Source: a virus. From it: a DNA stretch of 64,000 bases. Shown here piece after piece: positions 37,891 through 49,323 of the stretch. How positions within the stretch are numbered: the first letter of the stretch is position 1; each line of letters opens with the position of its first letter. The position numbers and the translations under genes are program-made. The stretch spans positions 1-64,000 of IMG/VR virus record IMGVR_UViG_3300033978_000724. The stretch is one strand, 5' to 3'. The notes beneath the pieces were generated by a model. The model worked only from the letters and a program-made list of their open reading frames with translations, was not told the origin of the DNA and did no database searches.

Positions 37891-40800
37891 ATGGTTATGG
37901 TAGGTGGCGTTGAGATTGCTGTTGAGTTAAACCTTGAGGGAATAGAGGAAGCCCTAAGAGATTTACACGAAAGGATTAAAAGTACATCTTTTTATGTTGA
38001 TGTAAAATATAACGCTACGCAACAAGGTAGTACAAAGCAAAGGCAATCACAGCCAACGTCTCGCAATCAAGTCCAACCATTTGCCGACACATCGAATAGA
38101 TTGTCTAATAGCATGAACGCTATTGGTAATATAAACTCAAAGGGGTTTGAGTCTTTACAAAGAGACTTAAGAAATCTATCTTCAACAATAGATAAGAGTT
38201 CTAGTAATACGCTATCTACTTCTAGTAACAAATTAAGCAATATTTCTAATATATTAGAGAAAGGGCATCGAGATATTTCTAGTGTATTCCAGAAAACATC
38301 AGAGCAGTCGTCAAAACAAATAAGTAGCCAGGTTAAAAAATCAGCTAGATATAGTTTAATAAAAGAAGTAAAAACGGCCGCAACACAAGGTCTTATTTAC
38401 AATACTTTCTTCCAAGAAGGTATTGATATGATGGGGAACAAGATAACGTCTAGCGTCCTTAAAAAAGCAGGTAGAGCGGTAAGAAAAGCAGAGGTCCCAT
38501 TAAGACTAATGGGAATGGGGAACGTGCCTGATAATTTTGACAAGGTACAAAAAAGGGCTGATGAATACGCTGGGCAAGTGACGCAGTTAATCAAAACCCC
38601 AGAGTTTGAAAAGAATGCAAAAGAAGCCTTTGAGACAATTAAATTGGCTTTTGTTTCGGCGACAAGTGACTCGTCTGATTTTTCAGGGTCTATACATGAA
38701 TTGGCGGTAGAGTCAAGGCAATCTTTCTCTCAATTGAAGTCGGCTATAAACGGAGTCCTTGATGGATTAACAAGTACAGCAAGTCAAGTAGAAGGTTTTG
38801 CTCAATTAGACGAGTTATCTAATTCTTTTAGCGACATAGTTGATGCAACAGAAGAGAACAGAGATGACATAGACAACTTTCTTACTGCGTACAGGGTCAA
38901 GCTAAAAGAGTTTTTATCTCAGCTACAAGATGGAGGGAATGAAGATTTAGACTTGTCATCTGTTAGTAAAGTAGCAGATGGGTTGTCAGTAACACTAAAC
39001 AGGCTGAATAGATCAATAAAGCAAAGGAGCGAAAAGACAGGGACAGCTTTTGTTACGTTAGAGCAGGCTATCCAAAAAACGAGTGAAGTATTTAGCAAGA
39101 CAGTATCTGAAACCAGAAAAAAACAGATAGGAAATACCATACAAGAGGTGGTTGATAAAAAAGAAACGGCACAAGGTTTTAATACAGAAGGGAAACCAGG
39201 TGTAGTGGTTTATTTGCCTGGGTTTGGTATAGAACCTGACGAAGCATTGCAGAAAAAAATAGAGTCCTTGACTGACACAGAGAACCAAGCATTAAATATA
39301 AGAACGTCTCCAGAGTTAGATCGGGATAGCAAACTAAAAGGAGGAAAGAATGACAATGCCCTTCAGTATGCTTATCGTGCTTTAAATACGAACCTAACTA
39401 ATTATTCGTCATTAACGACTGAAGTAATTGCAGACATAGTAAAAACGGTAGAAGACAACCCGGATTTAAAAGACGTAACAATAGTGGCTCATAGCCTTGG
39501 AGGGGCAATAGCCAGGGAAATAATAGAAGTTGTTAATACAATTGATTTAGTCAAAATAATAAAAGATTCGCTTGGTCGAGATATTACTATAAGCGGGCTG
39601 TCTTATGGTACGGCCACAATGGGATTAGCGAAACCTGTCGAGAATGCTCCCGACCCTAACAACCCTAACTTTGAATCTGTTTTATCACTAGATGATGCGG
39701 TGGCAAAAGTAGGGTTATTTAATCAAGGCTCTGTTAGATTTCCAGGGTTGCCACTTGAATCAACAGGTGGTGGACTACCAGGACATTCAACTGATGAATA
39801 CCTAGGAGGGCAAACTATAAGAGAATATATGCAGTCTAAGGTGCAGGTAGGGGTTGCACCAAAAGCAAAAGATGCCTCATCACTCCCGGATTCGCAAGCA
39901 GGAAAAGTATTAGAAGAATATAAAAAAGAATTGGAAAAAAGGACTATTCCTAAATTAAAAGATATTGTTTTTCAGTTAGGCATTAATCAGCAAAAAAACA
40001 AAGCACTATACATCGAAAAAATATTAGAAAGAAGCACAGAAGAAATAGATAATGCGATACTGGAGGCCGAAGGACGCAAAGATATGGCTCCTGTCACAAA
40101 AGAAAAAGAAGCATATATCTTGGACTTACTGCATGGGATGGAGTCGTCTGTAGATAAACAGCTACATGGGATGAAAAGTATTCCTGCGGACGACACAGAG
40201 AAAGGGTTAAAGATAATTGAAGAAGCCCAAAAAGCTATTGAGGCAATCAAGAAAGAACAAAGAGAGAATGTCTTTTCGCCATCAGCGTCAAAGCAATTAC
40301 AGGGTTATTTGCTTCACCTGAGAGGCAATATTAAACGAGTATCAAAAATGTTGCCAGCAGGCACATTAGAGAAGGCTGCTACAAAAAAACAAGAAGCATT
40401 ATTCAAAAAAGAAAGTGGCGTTTTATTTAACTCTTTAGCCGAAGTAGGAAAAAATATCACGCAAGGTCTGGAGTCAGGTATAGATATAGACGAAGTAGCT
40501 GACATGGGGATGTTGATTGGCGACACAATAACAGAAGCTACAAAAGACAGCTTAGATATTCACTCTCCAGCCGGTGAATTTGAAGAAATAGGCGAGAATA
40601 TAGGGGCCGGTTTAATACAAGGGTTGTCGTCTTTAGATGAGGTGGCTGTTGTTATACAGGATAAGATGGCGGCGATATTAGAACAAACAAATCGTCAGAT
40701 AGAAAAAAATAAAGAGATGTTTACCCTGGCATCTTATTTACGGGACGTAGATGCTAAGAGGAGTTCAAATTTATCCGCAGATATAAATAGTCTAACGTCT

Positions 40801-43800
40801 AATTTTGACCCGGCTGAGATAGAGAAAGAAATAGTAGAGAAAGAAGAACAGTACGGACGAAATAACAAAGGTATCCCCTCTTTATCTGATCTCTCTCAAT
40901 ATGTCGAGAAAAAGAATGTAATACCATCTCTATCTCAAGTCTCTAATTCCTTAAAAAAAAGAGAACCTTTGCCTACGGCATTAACCGAACCAGGTCCTGA
41001 CGTAATCTTTCCGCCATTCAAAGAAAAAATGGCTAGTGGTGTCCCTACATTGAAAGAAGTTGCCAATATATTAATCCAAAGAAAAGCGTCTGACGATGTA
41101 AGATTAGCCAAAACACTAGAGACCACATTTAAGTTGTTGTACAACAGGAATAAACAAAGAACACAAGACCCTGATTATTTGCCTGGAGATTACTTTGGAT
41201 CAAAAGAAGTAGATGCGTCTATGAAGGAGATAGAAAAAACTTTTGCGGGGGTAAAAAGAAAAGAAGAAGAAATACGGATGGCAAATGAGGAGGCAAAGAA
41301 AGAATTAGTGACCTTCACGGGGATAGTCTCTGCTACGAATCAAATATTAGAGAAGAAGACAAAGCAATCACTTCAGAACGCTGATCGAAATAGGGCGAGA
41401 CAATCGGCTGGTTTTGTTGAAAAAACAAGAAGCAGGGCCGGCATTGAAAGTATGCTTGGCTTAGAGGAGTCTCCTGATTTTGAGGAAATCGCAAAAGAGA
41501 TAGAAGAAAAAGAAAAGGAATGGCTTTCTGATATAGCAAAACTGTCAGATCAGGAGATGGACGCTAAATGGGAAAAGAAAGGAGTTTTAAAAGAGCAAAG
41601 CCAAACCCCGGTAAAACCACAGGGACTAACCGGGATGCCTGCTATTATGATGGCATTAAAACAGATTGAAAAACAACGGACTAAAGCGTTTGCAGAGAGT
41701 CTAACAAGAGAGTTAAAAGATTGGGATAAAGCAATAGAAGACTTGGAATTCACACAGATACTGGAGGACGCTAACTCTATAGTAGAAGAAATCTCTGACG
41801 CTTTTGCATCTGTTGTTATTGACAATTCTCCTGTCTTAGAGTCTCTTGATGACACAACAGAAGCAATAGAAAAATCATGGGATGAAATAGCATGGGTATT
41901 TAATAGAGTCGGTAGCACTATAGCAAATATAGATACAAAACCATTATTGGAGTTGGAGGATGGGTTGGCTAGTGCAGACATAAATACGTTGACTGATTCA
42001 TTGATTCAGATCGTAGATGGATACAAAGAAGCACAAGAAGAGACTAGCGTCGTAGCCCAATCAAATCCAACCAAAAAGACAAAAGGACGACCTTCTTTTA
42101 CAGAAATATTGGCCAGTAATTCAGCCTATATAGATGTGTGGGCAAAAACAAAAAAAGGAAAGAGAGACAGAGAAAAGCTAAATAGCGTAGAGAAAAGATC
42201 GCCTCTTAGTCGGTTGCTAAGTCAAATGGATGATGAGACTTTAGCCCACACCAGAGAAGTCAGCAAGAATGGGAAAAAAATATCATTAAAGTTCTTACCT
42301 GATAGAAAATTCTTTAAGCAATACGAAGAGAAGTTGAAGGCTATAGGAATTACTGACAGAAAAGAAATGTTTGATATATTCCAAGATGTTAGGGCTGGGA
42401 ATGTGGAGTGGTTAGCAAATCACATACAGAATAGCATGCTAGACGTTAAATCAAATAATCCAGAAGACTATAAGAAAAAAATAAAAGAATTACTTAAACA
42501 AGCGAAAGTAACAAAAGATGAAGCAGAAGGAATAATAGAGTTTTACATGAACTCTGGCAGCTGGAGTTTAAACAGACAAGAGAAAATGAAAAATACAAAA
42601 GGGAATCCTCTTGATGCTGTGGCACAGTTTTACGCTGAAAACAATGAAAGACTAAATGAAATAAAAAAACAGAAATCATTAACCCGAAGAGCCGGTCGAG
42701 CCGCTGGTAACTTAGTTAAAAACCGAGTAGGAAAACCTTTAGCCACCTTTGGCAAAAACAGAATAGTTGATCCATTGGCAAATACAAGAGCCGGTCAAAA
42801 AATAAAAGAAATCAGAGAGGACAGGAAAAAGAAAAACTCTTTTGAAGAGATAGACCCGTCGAAATTGTCACCTAAAAAAGTAGAAGAATACTTAAGGAAG
42901 TATGCAGATAGAACATCAGAACTAGCACCGGAAAAACTAGCAGAACTGACGGAAATAGCTGAAGAATATTTGGCTGATAAGTTCATGAAAGAGTTGAACT
43001 TAGACGCTATTTGGGACAAGATAATGATAGACAAAATGGACTTCAAAGATTTGGAGACCGTTCAATTTGCTTATTTGATGCAGTCAAAACAATCGGCAGA
43101 AGTAGCAAAGAAAACCTTTGAATCCTCTAAAACATACGATGCTATCGTCAAGGGATTTGACTCTTTTGTTCATGAGTGGATGCCAAATAAAGTAAAAGAA
43201 ACACTGAAAAAAGCAGAAGAGTTTTTCAGTAAAACAGAAGGGGGAAGGAAACTTGTTGACGGGGCAAAAGGTTTATACAAGACACTAGATAATTTGCAAG
43301 TCATATCGGCGGTCAAAGGTGCTGGTAAATTACTAGGTGCATCATTTAGTAAGATATATCAAGGATTGTTTATGATTATCGCCCCCATCACCGGGTTGGG
43401 CATTGTATTGGCATCACAAGCTGCGGTGATTGCGAGAGAGGTAGTTGAATCACCTCTATTGAGAGCTTTTGGGTCTGACATCATGGATGTTCTTGGTACT
43501 ATATTTGGGACGATAGCAGGGGACTTTAGAAAGTTAAGTTTGATGTTCCTTAATACTCCTTTTGGGAAGGTACTAGGTGAGACAGCGACAGGCATATTCT
43601 CTTTTCTGAAGGAAAGTGCAAAAGGCATAAAAGAGTTTATAGCTAAACCTGACTTCATAAAGTTATTTGGTGGGATGGAAAGCATCAAGGAAAATATAAG
43701 AAATTCCCCTATCGTAAAGTATGTAGCGGAGTCGCCTGTTGGTCAATATGTAAAAAAACGTGCGAGACCTGCTGTTAAATTCGTGAGAGACTCTGCCTGG

Positions 43801-46800
43801 GGGTCTGAGGATAAACCAGGATTTTTCCGTCCCGCACAGATTTGGTCTGTAGCAAAAATAGCTTTAGCCGCTAAGTTAATTAGTGACTACAAAGACGAAT
43901 TAATAGAAATGGGGATGGCATCTATTAAGGTGGCACAAGAGTTTCAGGTATTAGGGAAAACATTAGAGTTTATCACGGGAGGAACAAAAGAGGGGGCTAA
44001 AAAGCTAGAGGAATTAAGAAACTTGGCTAACAGTGTCGGGGTAGAAATCACTCCTTTAGTTGGTTCGTATAATCAGTTAGCAGCTGCCACTCGATTAACT
44101 CCAATGGAAGGACAGGTCACAGACGATATGATCGAGGGTATTGTCAGGATGGGGGCAACGTTTGGATTGTCAACAGAGCAGATACACGGGTCTATTAATG
44201 CTATAGCACAGATAGCAGGTAAAGGCGTTGTATCAGCGGAGGAATTACGAGGGCAGTTAGCAGAAAGAATACCAGGTGCTTTTCAGTCGGCGGCTAGGGC
44301 AATGAAAATGACTGAAAAAGAATTGTATCAGTTGATGTCAACAGGTAAATTGACAGCTAATGAGTTTATTACACTATTTGGGCCTCAGCTAATAAAAGAG
44401 TCTGCTTTTGCTGAGGGGCAGGTGACTACATCTATTGCTAACTTAAATAGGCTGAAAAACCAAGTGACAGAAGTTCAATTAGCTGCAGGAAAAGCGTTAA
44501 CGCCACTTTTTGACTTTGGGGTAAGAATAGCATCAGCGGGAATCGAAGCAGGGAAATTCGTTTTTGGCTTACTGAAAATGACAGTAGTAAATCAGCTTGT
44601 CTCTGGATTGATAGGTGCTTGGCCGTTGGCTAAATTTGTGGGAACAGTTGCTCTTTTAAAAACATTAGCCGAATCTATTAGTCTTTTTGGGGCTGGGGTA
44701 ACACTTTATCTAACTACTACAGGAATATCGCTGAAGGCATTTTTAATGGGAATAGCGAAAAGTATCGCAGTGATAATGGCACAGGCATTAGTGGCATGGG
44801 CGGTCATGAGTCAGGCTACTAAGATGATAGAGGCATGGGAAATGCAGTTTAGCAACAAACATAGTGTGTATAAAGTGTGGGCTGACAACGTTGAATCAAA
44901 CGCAAAGAGAGTAAAGAAGGCAATGGAAAGTGTTTCTTCTAAGGACGTAAAGGTAGTGCTGCCAGAGGTAGAAAATAGAAACAAGATAACTAAAACAGGA
45001 AACTGGATAACTGACTTTTTATCTATAAACCCCGACCAAGCTCAACACGTTATCAAGAGACTGAATGCGAAAAGAAAACGGCAAGGAAAAGCTGAGATGA
45101 CACCAGAAGAAGTTGATGCAATGTACGAAAACTTTAACACGGGCAATATCGTTAACATTAGCGGGGTACAAGAAGCCACCTATAGAGATATGATAATGAG
45201 AGGGGAAAGACAAGAACAATCAGACAGTCTTTTCTTTAAGCCAATTCAGTCAGCATTAGAAAGTTACAATATCAGCGGTGCAGGGGTATTAAAAACAATA
45301 TCTGATATAGATAAACAAATTAGTTTATTAGAGGCTAAAAAAGCAATCTTAGACCCTGCTGATGTTAATACAGCTAAGGCAATATCAGAGGAAATAAAAG
45401 GATTAAAGAAAAACAAAGAGGATTTAATTAATCCACTAGATGCCTCCGAACAGGGTTTAAAACAGTCATTAAAAGATAATGAAAAAATAATTAGTGATTA
45501 TGAAAAAGCATTAATAAACCAATCATCTCCAGATGAAAAGATCAGAAAAGAAGCCGACGCTTTATTGCAAAAACCAGGTATGGATAAATCTAGTATTAGT
45601 TTGGTCAGAGCGGAAATAGCTAACACTAAAAAGACACTTGACTCTTATGCAGAAGCTACGGCTAAATCAGGTGCTATTAGTAATACTAAAAAGTTAGCTA
45701 TGGCATTGATGGAATTGAGTGTGGCATTTTCTTCTGTCGAAAAGAGAATAGGAGAGATCCATACTGGCAAGCTAAAAGGCATAGCCCAAGCACAGGTAAA
45801 AGGATTTAGTACTGACCGATTTAATACTACAAATACAGGACTAAGAACGGCGGAGGAAAACTATAACCACACTCAGCGGATGTTAAAAGAAAGAAAATCT
45901 ACTATAGCAAAACTAGAAGAAGACTTGGCATTAAATCCAACAAAGGCATCAGCAGATCAATTGATCGCCAATCAAGAGGCTATTAAAAAGAGAAAATTAA
46001 CAAGTGAGGAAATAACACAACTAGCAGAGTTATATGGCGGTGAGGGGCAAGAGAAGTTAAAACAGGCACTAGATTCTGAAGCAGCGTTGAGAGAAGAAAA
46101 GTTAAAAAACCTCGACTTAGAAAAACAATCTGTAGATGATATTTACAATATCAGGCAAGCCAGACAAGCCCACTATCTAGCCATCTACGAAGATGCTATA
46201 GATGAAATAAAACAATTAGACCAACGCAATCTAAGCAATGCTATGACCGGAGCAAATAACGTATTGGCTAGAGGGTTACGGTCTGATTTAGGGGCAGAGG
46301 ATGCTTTTAATGTGAAGGCAACAGGGATGCAATATATTAAGGTACAAAAAGACATAGAAAATAATGCCTTAGCAATGAAGAGCCTAAAACAGGCTTACTT
46401 TGAAGGGAAGGAAAGTTTAGAACAATATACAACTAAGAGCCGGGCGTTATTAACAGAAGACGCACAACTAAAACAACAATTAGTTGAGCAAGAGATAGCC
46501 TATATTAGGGCTGTATCTCAAGCCAGAATGAACGCATTACAACGAATCAAAGAAAGTCGTGATGCTAATACAGAGATAGCTAATTCTGGCAGAACAAAAG
46601 CTATCACACAAAACTCTATTAGTAAGTTTAGGACTGATGAGTTCTTAACCAATAACGAGTCATTAGCTCAAGCCAAAAATGGATTAGTAGAAATACAAAA
46701 CCAACTTAAAAACACTAAATCAGAGTTGTCTGAATTAGAAGAGGCTTATGCGGGAGGAAAAGGTCCTTTATTATTAAATGAATACATCCAAAAGAAACGC

Positions 46801-49323
46801 CAATTATTAATCACTCAGGCACAGCAAGAATCTCAATTAGCCACAGCAGAAATGGCACGGATGCGGGCGATTGAAGACTATCGTTTGGCTATGTTGGATA
46901 GAATGCGAGATGTATCTAATAATAAAAATGCCATATTAAACGCTGAAGCATTAACTCAATTAGCACAATCTCAAATGTCGGGGCAAGTATCTGATTCTAC
47001 TATTAACCGTCAATCCGCAGAAATAGGTTTAGACAATGCTAAGAAGGCGGTAGATGTAGCACAAGATTCTTTATCTCAAGTACAAAAAGCATTCGCTAAA
47101 AAAGAATTATCTGCCGAGAAATACCAAGAAAGATTACGTACTATTAACCTGGAAATTGCACAAGCTAATCAATCGGTAGCCGAACAAGAATTGGCTGTAT
47201 TAAAAGCCAATGAACAAGAAAAGATAAGCATTATTGAAAAGTCTTTAGAAAAACAAGATAGACTTAATAAACTAAATGCAATTAAGGCGAAGATAAACAA
47301 TCCCGAACAATTAAGTGGGATGTTAGTATCAGGCGGGACTAGCGACTTAACTAGCTCTATCTTTAACAATCAAGAAACTAATACAGGTCAGGACCAACAG
47401 ATTACATCTTTAACAAGCAAACTTGTGGGGATGAAAGGTATTCTCAACCCCACCAAAGACCTACAAGATAAGATATTAGCGACAGAACAAGAGTTAAACG
47501 AGGCTGTTTTAACTAAACGATTGAATCTATTAAGCCAGTCGCTAGAGTACAAAAAACAGATGTTGAACGCCACTCAATTAGAGAATAAAGCAATTGAAAA
47601 CCAGTTGAACGTAATTGACTCTCAACATAAGATACAACAGGCTTTAGTCGAAATAACTAAGAAACGTTTAGAGAATGAGATTGTATCAATGGAGAGAGTT
47701 AAAACTTTAAGCGATGAAATAGGCTCGTCATCCATTGAATCTGTTAAGTCTCGCTCTCAGTTTGATGACGCTATTGCCTCTAAACGATTGAAAACATTAG
47801 GTATCGAATTAAAAGCCAATGTCCGTAATTTAGAGATAGAACAACAAAGAGAAATATTAGGTCAACGGAAAGCCGAAAACGAAAGTAGATTGGCTGTATT
47901 ACAGGCTAAAAATACTGCGTTAATAGCTAATCAATCAGGTAATAGCGATGCTATTGCCCTGGCACAGCAACAGTTGAGTCTAGCTAACGAGAGCCTTTCA
48001 GTTGTATTGCAACAGGGGCAGTCAATGTCTCGGTTACATGACACCCAAAGAACAAAGTTAGCATTAGAGCATAAAGGGACGTTAGAGGCTGAGAAATATG
48101 CCAAGATTCAGGACACGATTAATAGCAAATTAAAAACGGCTAATTCATACCTGGATAAACAGAAAGAACGGTTAGATAGCATCAATGAATTAAATAAAGC
48201 TATCAATAGTGCAAAGACTAATGTACTAGAAAAACGGGGCGGTATCATAGACCGTGGCATTGATTTGTTTGATCAAATTAACGGCACAGAAAAAGTCACT
48301 GATCCAGCAGAAAATCCTATCTTAATGAAGGAATTGCAGGAACAATTAAAAGCTAACACAGGTATTGATAACCTTAAAAATATAGACCCTAAAAAGATGT
48401 ACTCTGAGCGACTAAGATTAGAAGAGACATTGGCTAATCAAAAGATGGACTCTTTACTCGCTGAACAGAATATGCAAAAGACTTTATTGCAGATAGAGTT
48501 TGATAAGTTGCAACTGCAAGGCGAGGCACTTCTTCTTCAGGCTAAGATGTTGGCTTTACAGGCTAAGGGGACAGAAAACGAAGCGGACGCTAATCAAGCA
48601 GTAAAAGATGCCACATCAAACTTGACAGGGATTGCGGACAGACGTAAAAGTGCCGAGTCTGCATTAGGTGTTAATCAGTCAATGGAGCGATATAACCAAG
48701 AGATAGACAACGCTAATGCTATTAATGAAACCAGAAGACGTAGTGCAGAAGCAGGTTACAAACCAGAAGGAGACCCCGCTAAATATCCTGGAACACCTCG
48801 ATTTGCTGGAAAAAGTGTGGATGAGTTATTGGCAGGAGAACCTAAACGTTTTGGCTATGCACCTAGTTTTGATTTGAATAGGGAAGTAGAGGCTATGCTT
48901 AAAGGTGGTAGCACTGATAATCTATTTAGAAACATTGCCCAAGATGTTACACCTGGGAAAATAGATATAGCCAATATTCCTGAGACACAAGAAGCAACCT
49001 ATCAGCCATTAGACTTAAACAATGAGCTATTGATAGACGCTAACGATGCTACCAGAAAAAATACCACTGCGATGCAAGATTTGATCACAGCCCTTAAATC
49101 TGTAGTCGTACCAGAAGGACAGCCAAGCCAAAATACAACGCCAAAAGCGACTCCAGAATACGCAAATAATCCCGTAGGACCAGGAGGACCCACAGGACCA
49201 GGGATTCAACAGAATACTACTAACGTTAATTATGGTGGCGTTACTATTATTTCTAGCGACCCGACAGGCGATGCCAGAAAAGTGTTAACTGATTTGGCAA
49301 AAGCGAATAAAAATAGATTTTAA
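37891..49323 (+). CDS. Giant tape measure protein (~3810 aa) with an embedded alpha/beta-hydrolase domain
   Basis: Tape-measure core AIAQIAGKGVVSAEELRGQLAERIPGA (~43.9-44.5 kb); IHSP motif; long coiled coils; AHSLGG elbow; start ATG 37891 or 37897. Confidence 0.93.
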   Translation: MVMVGGVEIAVELNLEGIEEALRDLHERIKSTSFYVDVKYNATQQGSTKQRQSQPTSRNQVQPFADTSNRLSNSMNAIGNINSKGFESLQRDLRNLSSTIDKSSSNTLSTSSNKLSNISNILEKGHRDISSVFQKTSEQSSKQISSQVKKSARYSLIKEVKTAATQGLIYNTFFQEGIDMMGNKITSSVLKKAGRAVRKAEVPLRLMGMGNVPDNFDKVQKRADEYAGQVTQLIKTPEFEKNAKEAFETIKLAFVSATSDSSDFSGSIHELAVESRQSFSQLKSAINGVLDGLTSTASQVEGFAQLDELSNSFSDIVDATEENRDDIDNFLTAYRVKLKEFLSQLQDGGNEDLDLSSVSKVADGLSVTLNRLNRSIKQRSEKTGTAFVTLEQAIQKTSEVFSKTVSETRKKQIGNTIQEVVDKKETAQGFNTEGKPGVVVYLPGFGIEPDEALQKKIESLTDTENQALNIRTSPELDRDSKLKGGKNDNALQYAYRALNTNLTNYSSLTTEVIADIVKTVEDNPDLKDVTIVAHSLGGAIAREIIEVVNTIDLVKIIKDSLGRDITISGLSYGTATMGLAKPVENAPDPNNPNFESVLSLDDAVAKVGLFNQGSVRFPGLPLESTGGGLPGHSTDEYLGGQTIREYMQSKVQVGVAPKAKDASSLPDSQAGKVLEEYKKELEKRTIPKLKDIVFQLGINQQKNKALYIEKILERSTEEIDNAILEAEGRKDMAPVTKEKEAYILDLLHGMESSVDKQLHGMKSIPADDTEKGLKIIEEAQKAIEAIKKEQRENVFSPSASKQLQGYLLHLRGNIKRVSKMLPAGTLEKAATKKQEALFKKESGVLFNSLAEVGKNITQGLESGIDIDEVADMGMLIGDTITEATKDSLDIHSPAGEFEEIGENIGAGLIQGLSSLDEVAVVIQDKMAAILEQTNRQIEKNKEMFTLASYLRDVDAKRSSNLSADINSLTSNFDPAEIEKEIVEKEEQYGRNNKGIPSLSDLSQYVEKKNVIPSLSQVSNSLKKREPLPTALTEPGPDVIFPPFKEKMASGVPTLKEVANILIQRKASDDVRLAKTLETTFKLLYNRNKQRTQDPDYLPGDYFGSKEVDASMKEIEKTFAGVKRKEEEIRMANEEAKKELVTFTGIVSATNQILEKKTKQSLQNADRNRARQSAGFVEKTRSRAGIESMLGLEESPDFEEIAKEIEEKEKEWLSDIAKLSDQEMDAKWEKKGVLKEQSQTPVKPQGLTGMPAIMMALKQIEKQRTKAFAESLTRELKDWDKAIEDLEFTQILEDANSIVEEISDAFASVVIDNSPVLESLDDTTEAIEKSWDEIAWVFNRVGSTIANIDTKPLLELEDGLASADINTLTDSLIQIVDGYKEAQEETSVVAQSNPTKKTKGRPSFTEILASNSAYIDVWAKTKKGKRDREKLNSVEKRSPLSRLLSQMDDETLAHTREVSKNGKKISLKFLPDRKFFKQYEEKLKAIGITDRKEMFDIFQDVRAGNVEWLANHIQNSMLDVKSNNPEDYKKKIKELLKQAKVTKDEAEGIIEFYMNSGSWSLNRQEKMKNTKGNPLDAVAQFYAENNERLNEIKKQKSLTRRAGRAAGNLVKNRVGKPLATFGKNRIVDPLANTRAGQKIKEIREDRKKKNSFEEIDPSKLSPKKVEEYLRKYADRTSELAPEKLAELTEIAEEYLADKFMKELNLDAIWDKIMIDKMDFKDLETVQFAYLMQSKQSAEVAKKTFESSKTYDAIVKGFDSFVHEWMPNKVKETLKKAEEFFSKTEGGRKLVDGAKGLYKTLDNLQVISAVKGAGKLLGASFSKIYQGLFMIIAPITGLGIVLASQAAVIAREVVESPLLRAFGSDIMDVLGTIFGTIAGDFRKLSLMFLNTPFGKVLGETATGIFSFLKESAKGIKEFIAKPDFIKLFGGMESIKENIRNSPIVKYVAESPVGQYVKKRARPAVKFVRDSAWGSEDKPGFFRPAQIWSVAKIALAAKLISDYKDELIEMGMASIKVAQEFQVLGKTLEFITGGTKEGAKKLEELRNLANSVGVEITPLVGSYNQLAAATRLTPMEGQVTDDMIEGIVRMGATFGLSTEQIHGSINAIAQIAGKGVVSAEELRGQLAERIPGAFQSAARAMKMTEKELYQLMSTGKLTANEFITLFGPQLIKESAFAEGQVTTSIANLNRLKNQVTEVQLAAGKALTPLFDFGVRIASAGIEAGKFVFGLLKMTVVNQLVSGLIGAWPLAKFVGTVALLKTLAESISLFGAGVTLYLTTTGISLKAFLMGIAKSIAVIMAQALVAWAVMSQATKMIEAWEMQFSNKHSVYKVWADNVESNAKRVKKAMESVSSKDVKVVLPEVENRNKITKTGNWITDFLSINPDQAQHVIKRLNAKRKRQGKAEMTPEEVDAMYENFNTGNIVNISGVQEATYRDMIMRGERQEQSDSLFFKPIQSALESYNISGAGVLKTISDIDKQISLLEAKKAILDPADVNTAKAISEEIKGLKKNKEDLINPLDASEQGLKQSLKDNEKIISDYEKALINQSSPDEKIRKEADALLQKPGMDKSSISLVRAEIANTKKTLDSYAEATAKSGAISNTKKLAMALMELSVAFSSVEKRIGEIHTGKLKGIAQAQVKGFSTDRFNTTNTGLRTAEENYNHTQRMLKERKSTIAKLEEDLALNPTKASADQLIANQEAIKKRKLTSEEITQLAELYGGEGQEKLKQALDSEAALREEKLKNLDLEKQSVDDIYNIRQARQAHYLAIYEDAIDEIKQLDQRNLSNAMTGANNVLARGLRSDLGAEDAFNVKATGMQYIKVQKDIENNALAMKSLKQAYFEGKESLEQYTTKSRALLTEDAQLKQQLVEQEIAYIRAVSQARMNALQRIKESRDANTEIANSGRTKAITQNSISKFRTDEFLTNNESLAQAKNGLVEIQNQLKNTKSELSELEEAYAGGKGPLLLNEYIQKKRQLLITQAQQESQLATAEMARMRAIEDYRLAMLDRMRDVSNNKNAILNAEALTQLAQSQMSGQVSDSTINRQSAEIGLDNAKKAVDVAQDSLSQVQKAFAKKELSAEKYQERLRTINLEIAQANQSVAEQELAVLKANEQEKISIIEKSLEKQDRLNKLNAIKAKINNPEQLSGMLVSGGTSDLTSSIFNNQETNTGQDQQITSLTSKLVGMKGILNPTKDLQDKILATEQELNEAVLTKRLNLLSQSLEYKKQMLNATQLENKAIENQLNVIDSQHKIQQALVEITKKRLENEIVSMERVKTLSDEIGSSSIESVKSRSQFDDAIASKRLKTLGIELKANVRNLEIEQQREILGQRKAENESRLAVLQAKNTALIANQSGNSDAIALAQQQLSLANESLSVVLQQGQSMSRLHDTQRTKLALEHKGTLEAEKYAKIQDTINSKLKTANSYLDKQKERLDSINELNKAINSAKTNVLEKRGGIIDRGIDLFDQINGTEKVTDPAENPILMKELQEQLKANTGIDNLKNIDPKKMYSERLRLEETLANQKMDSLLAEQNMQKTLLQIEFDKLQLQGEALLLQAKMLALQAKGTENEADANQAVKDATSNLTGIADRRKSAESALGVNQSMERYNQEIDNANAINETRRRSAEAGYKPEGDPAKYPGTPRFAGKSVDELLAGEPKRFGYAPSFDLNREVEAMLKGGSTDNLFRNIAQDVTPGKIDIANIPETQEATYQPLDLNNELLIDANDATRKNTTAMQDLITALKSVVVPEGQPSQNTTPKATPEYANNPVGPGGPTGPGIQQNTTNVNYGGVTIISSDPTGDARKVLTDLAKANKNRF

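Noticed and set aside
38397-49209. Numerous short minus-strand ORFs within the tape measure gene
   Set aside because: Antisense shadows rich in Ser/Phe/Leu, with no RBS or recognisable motifs
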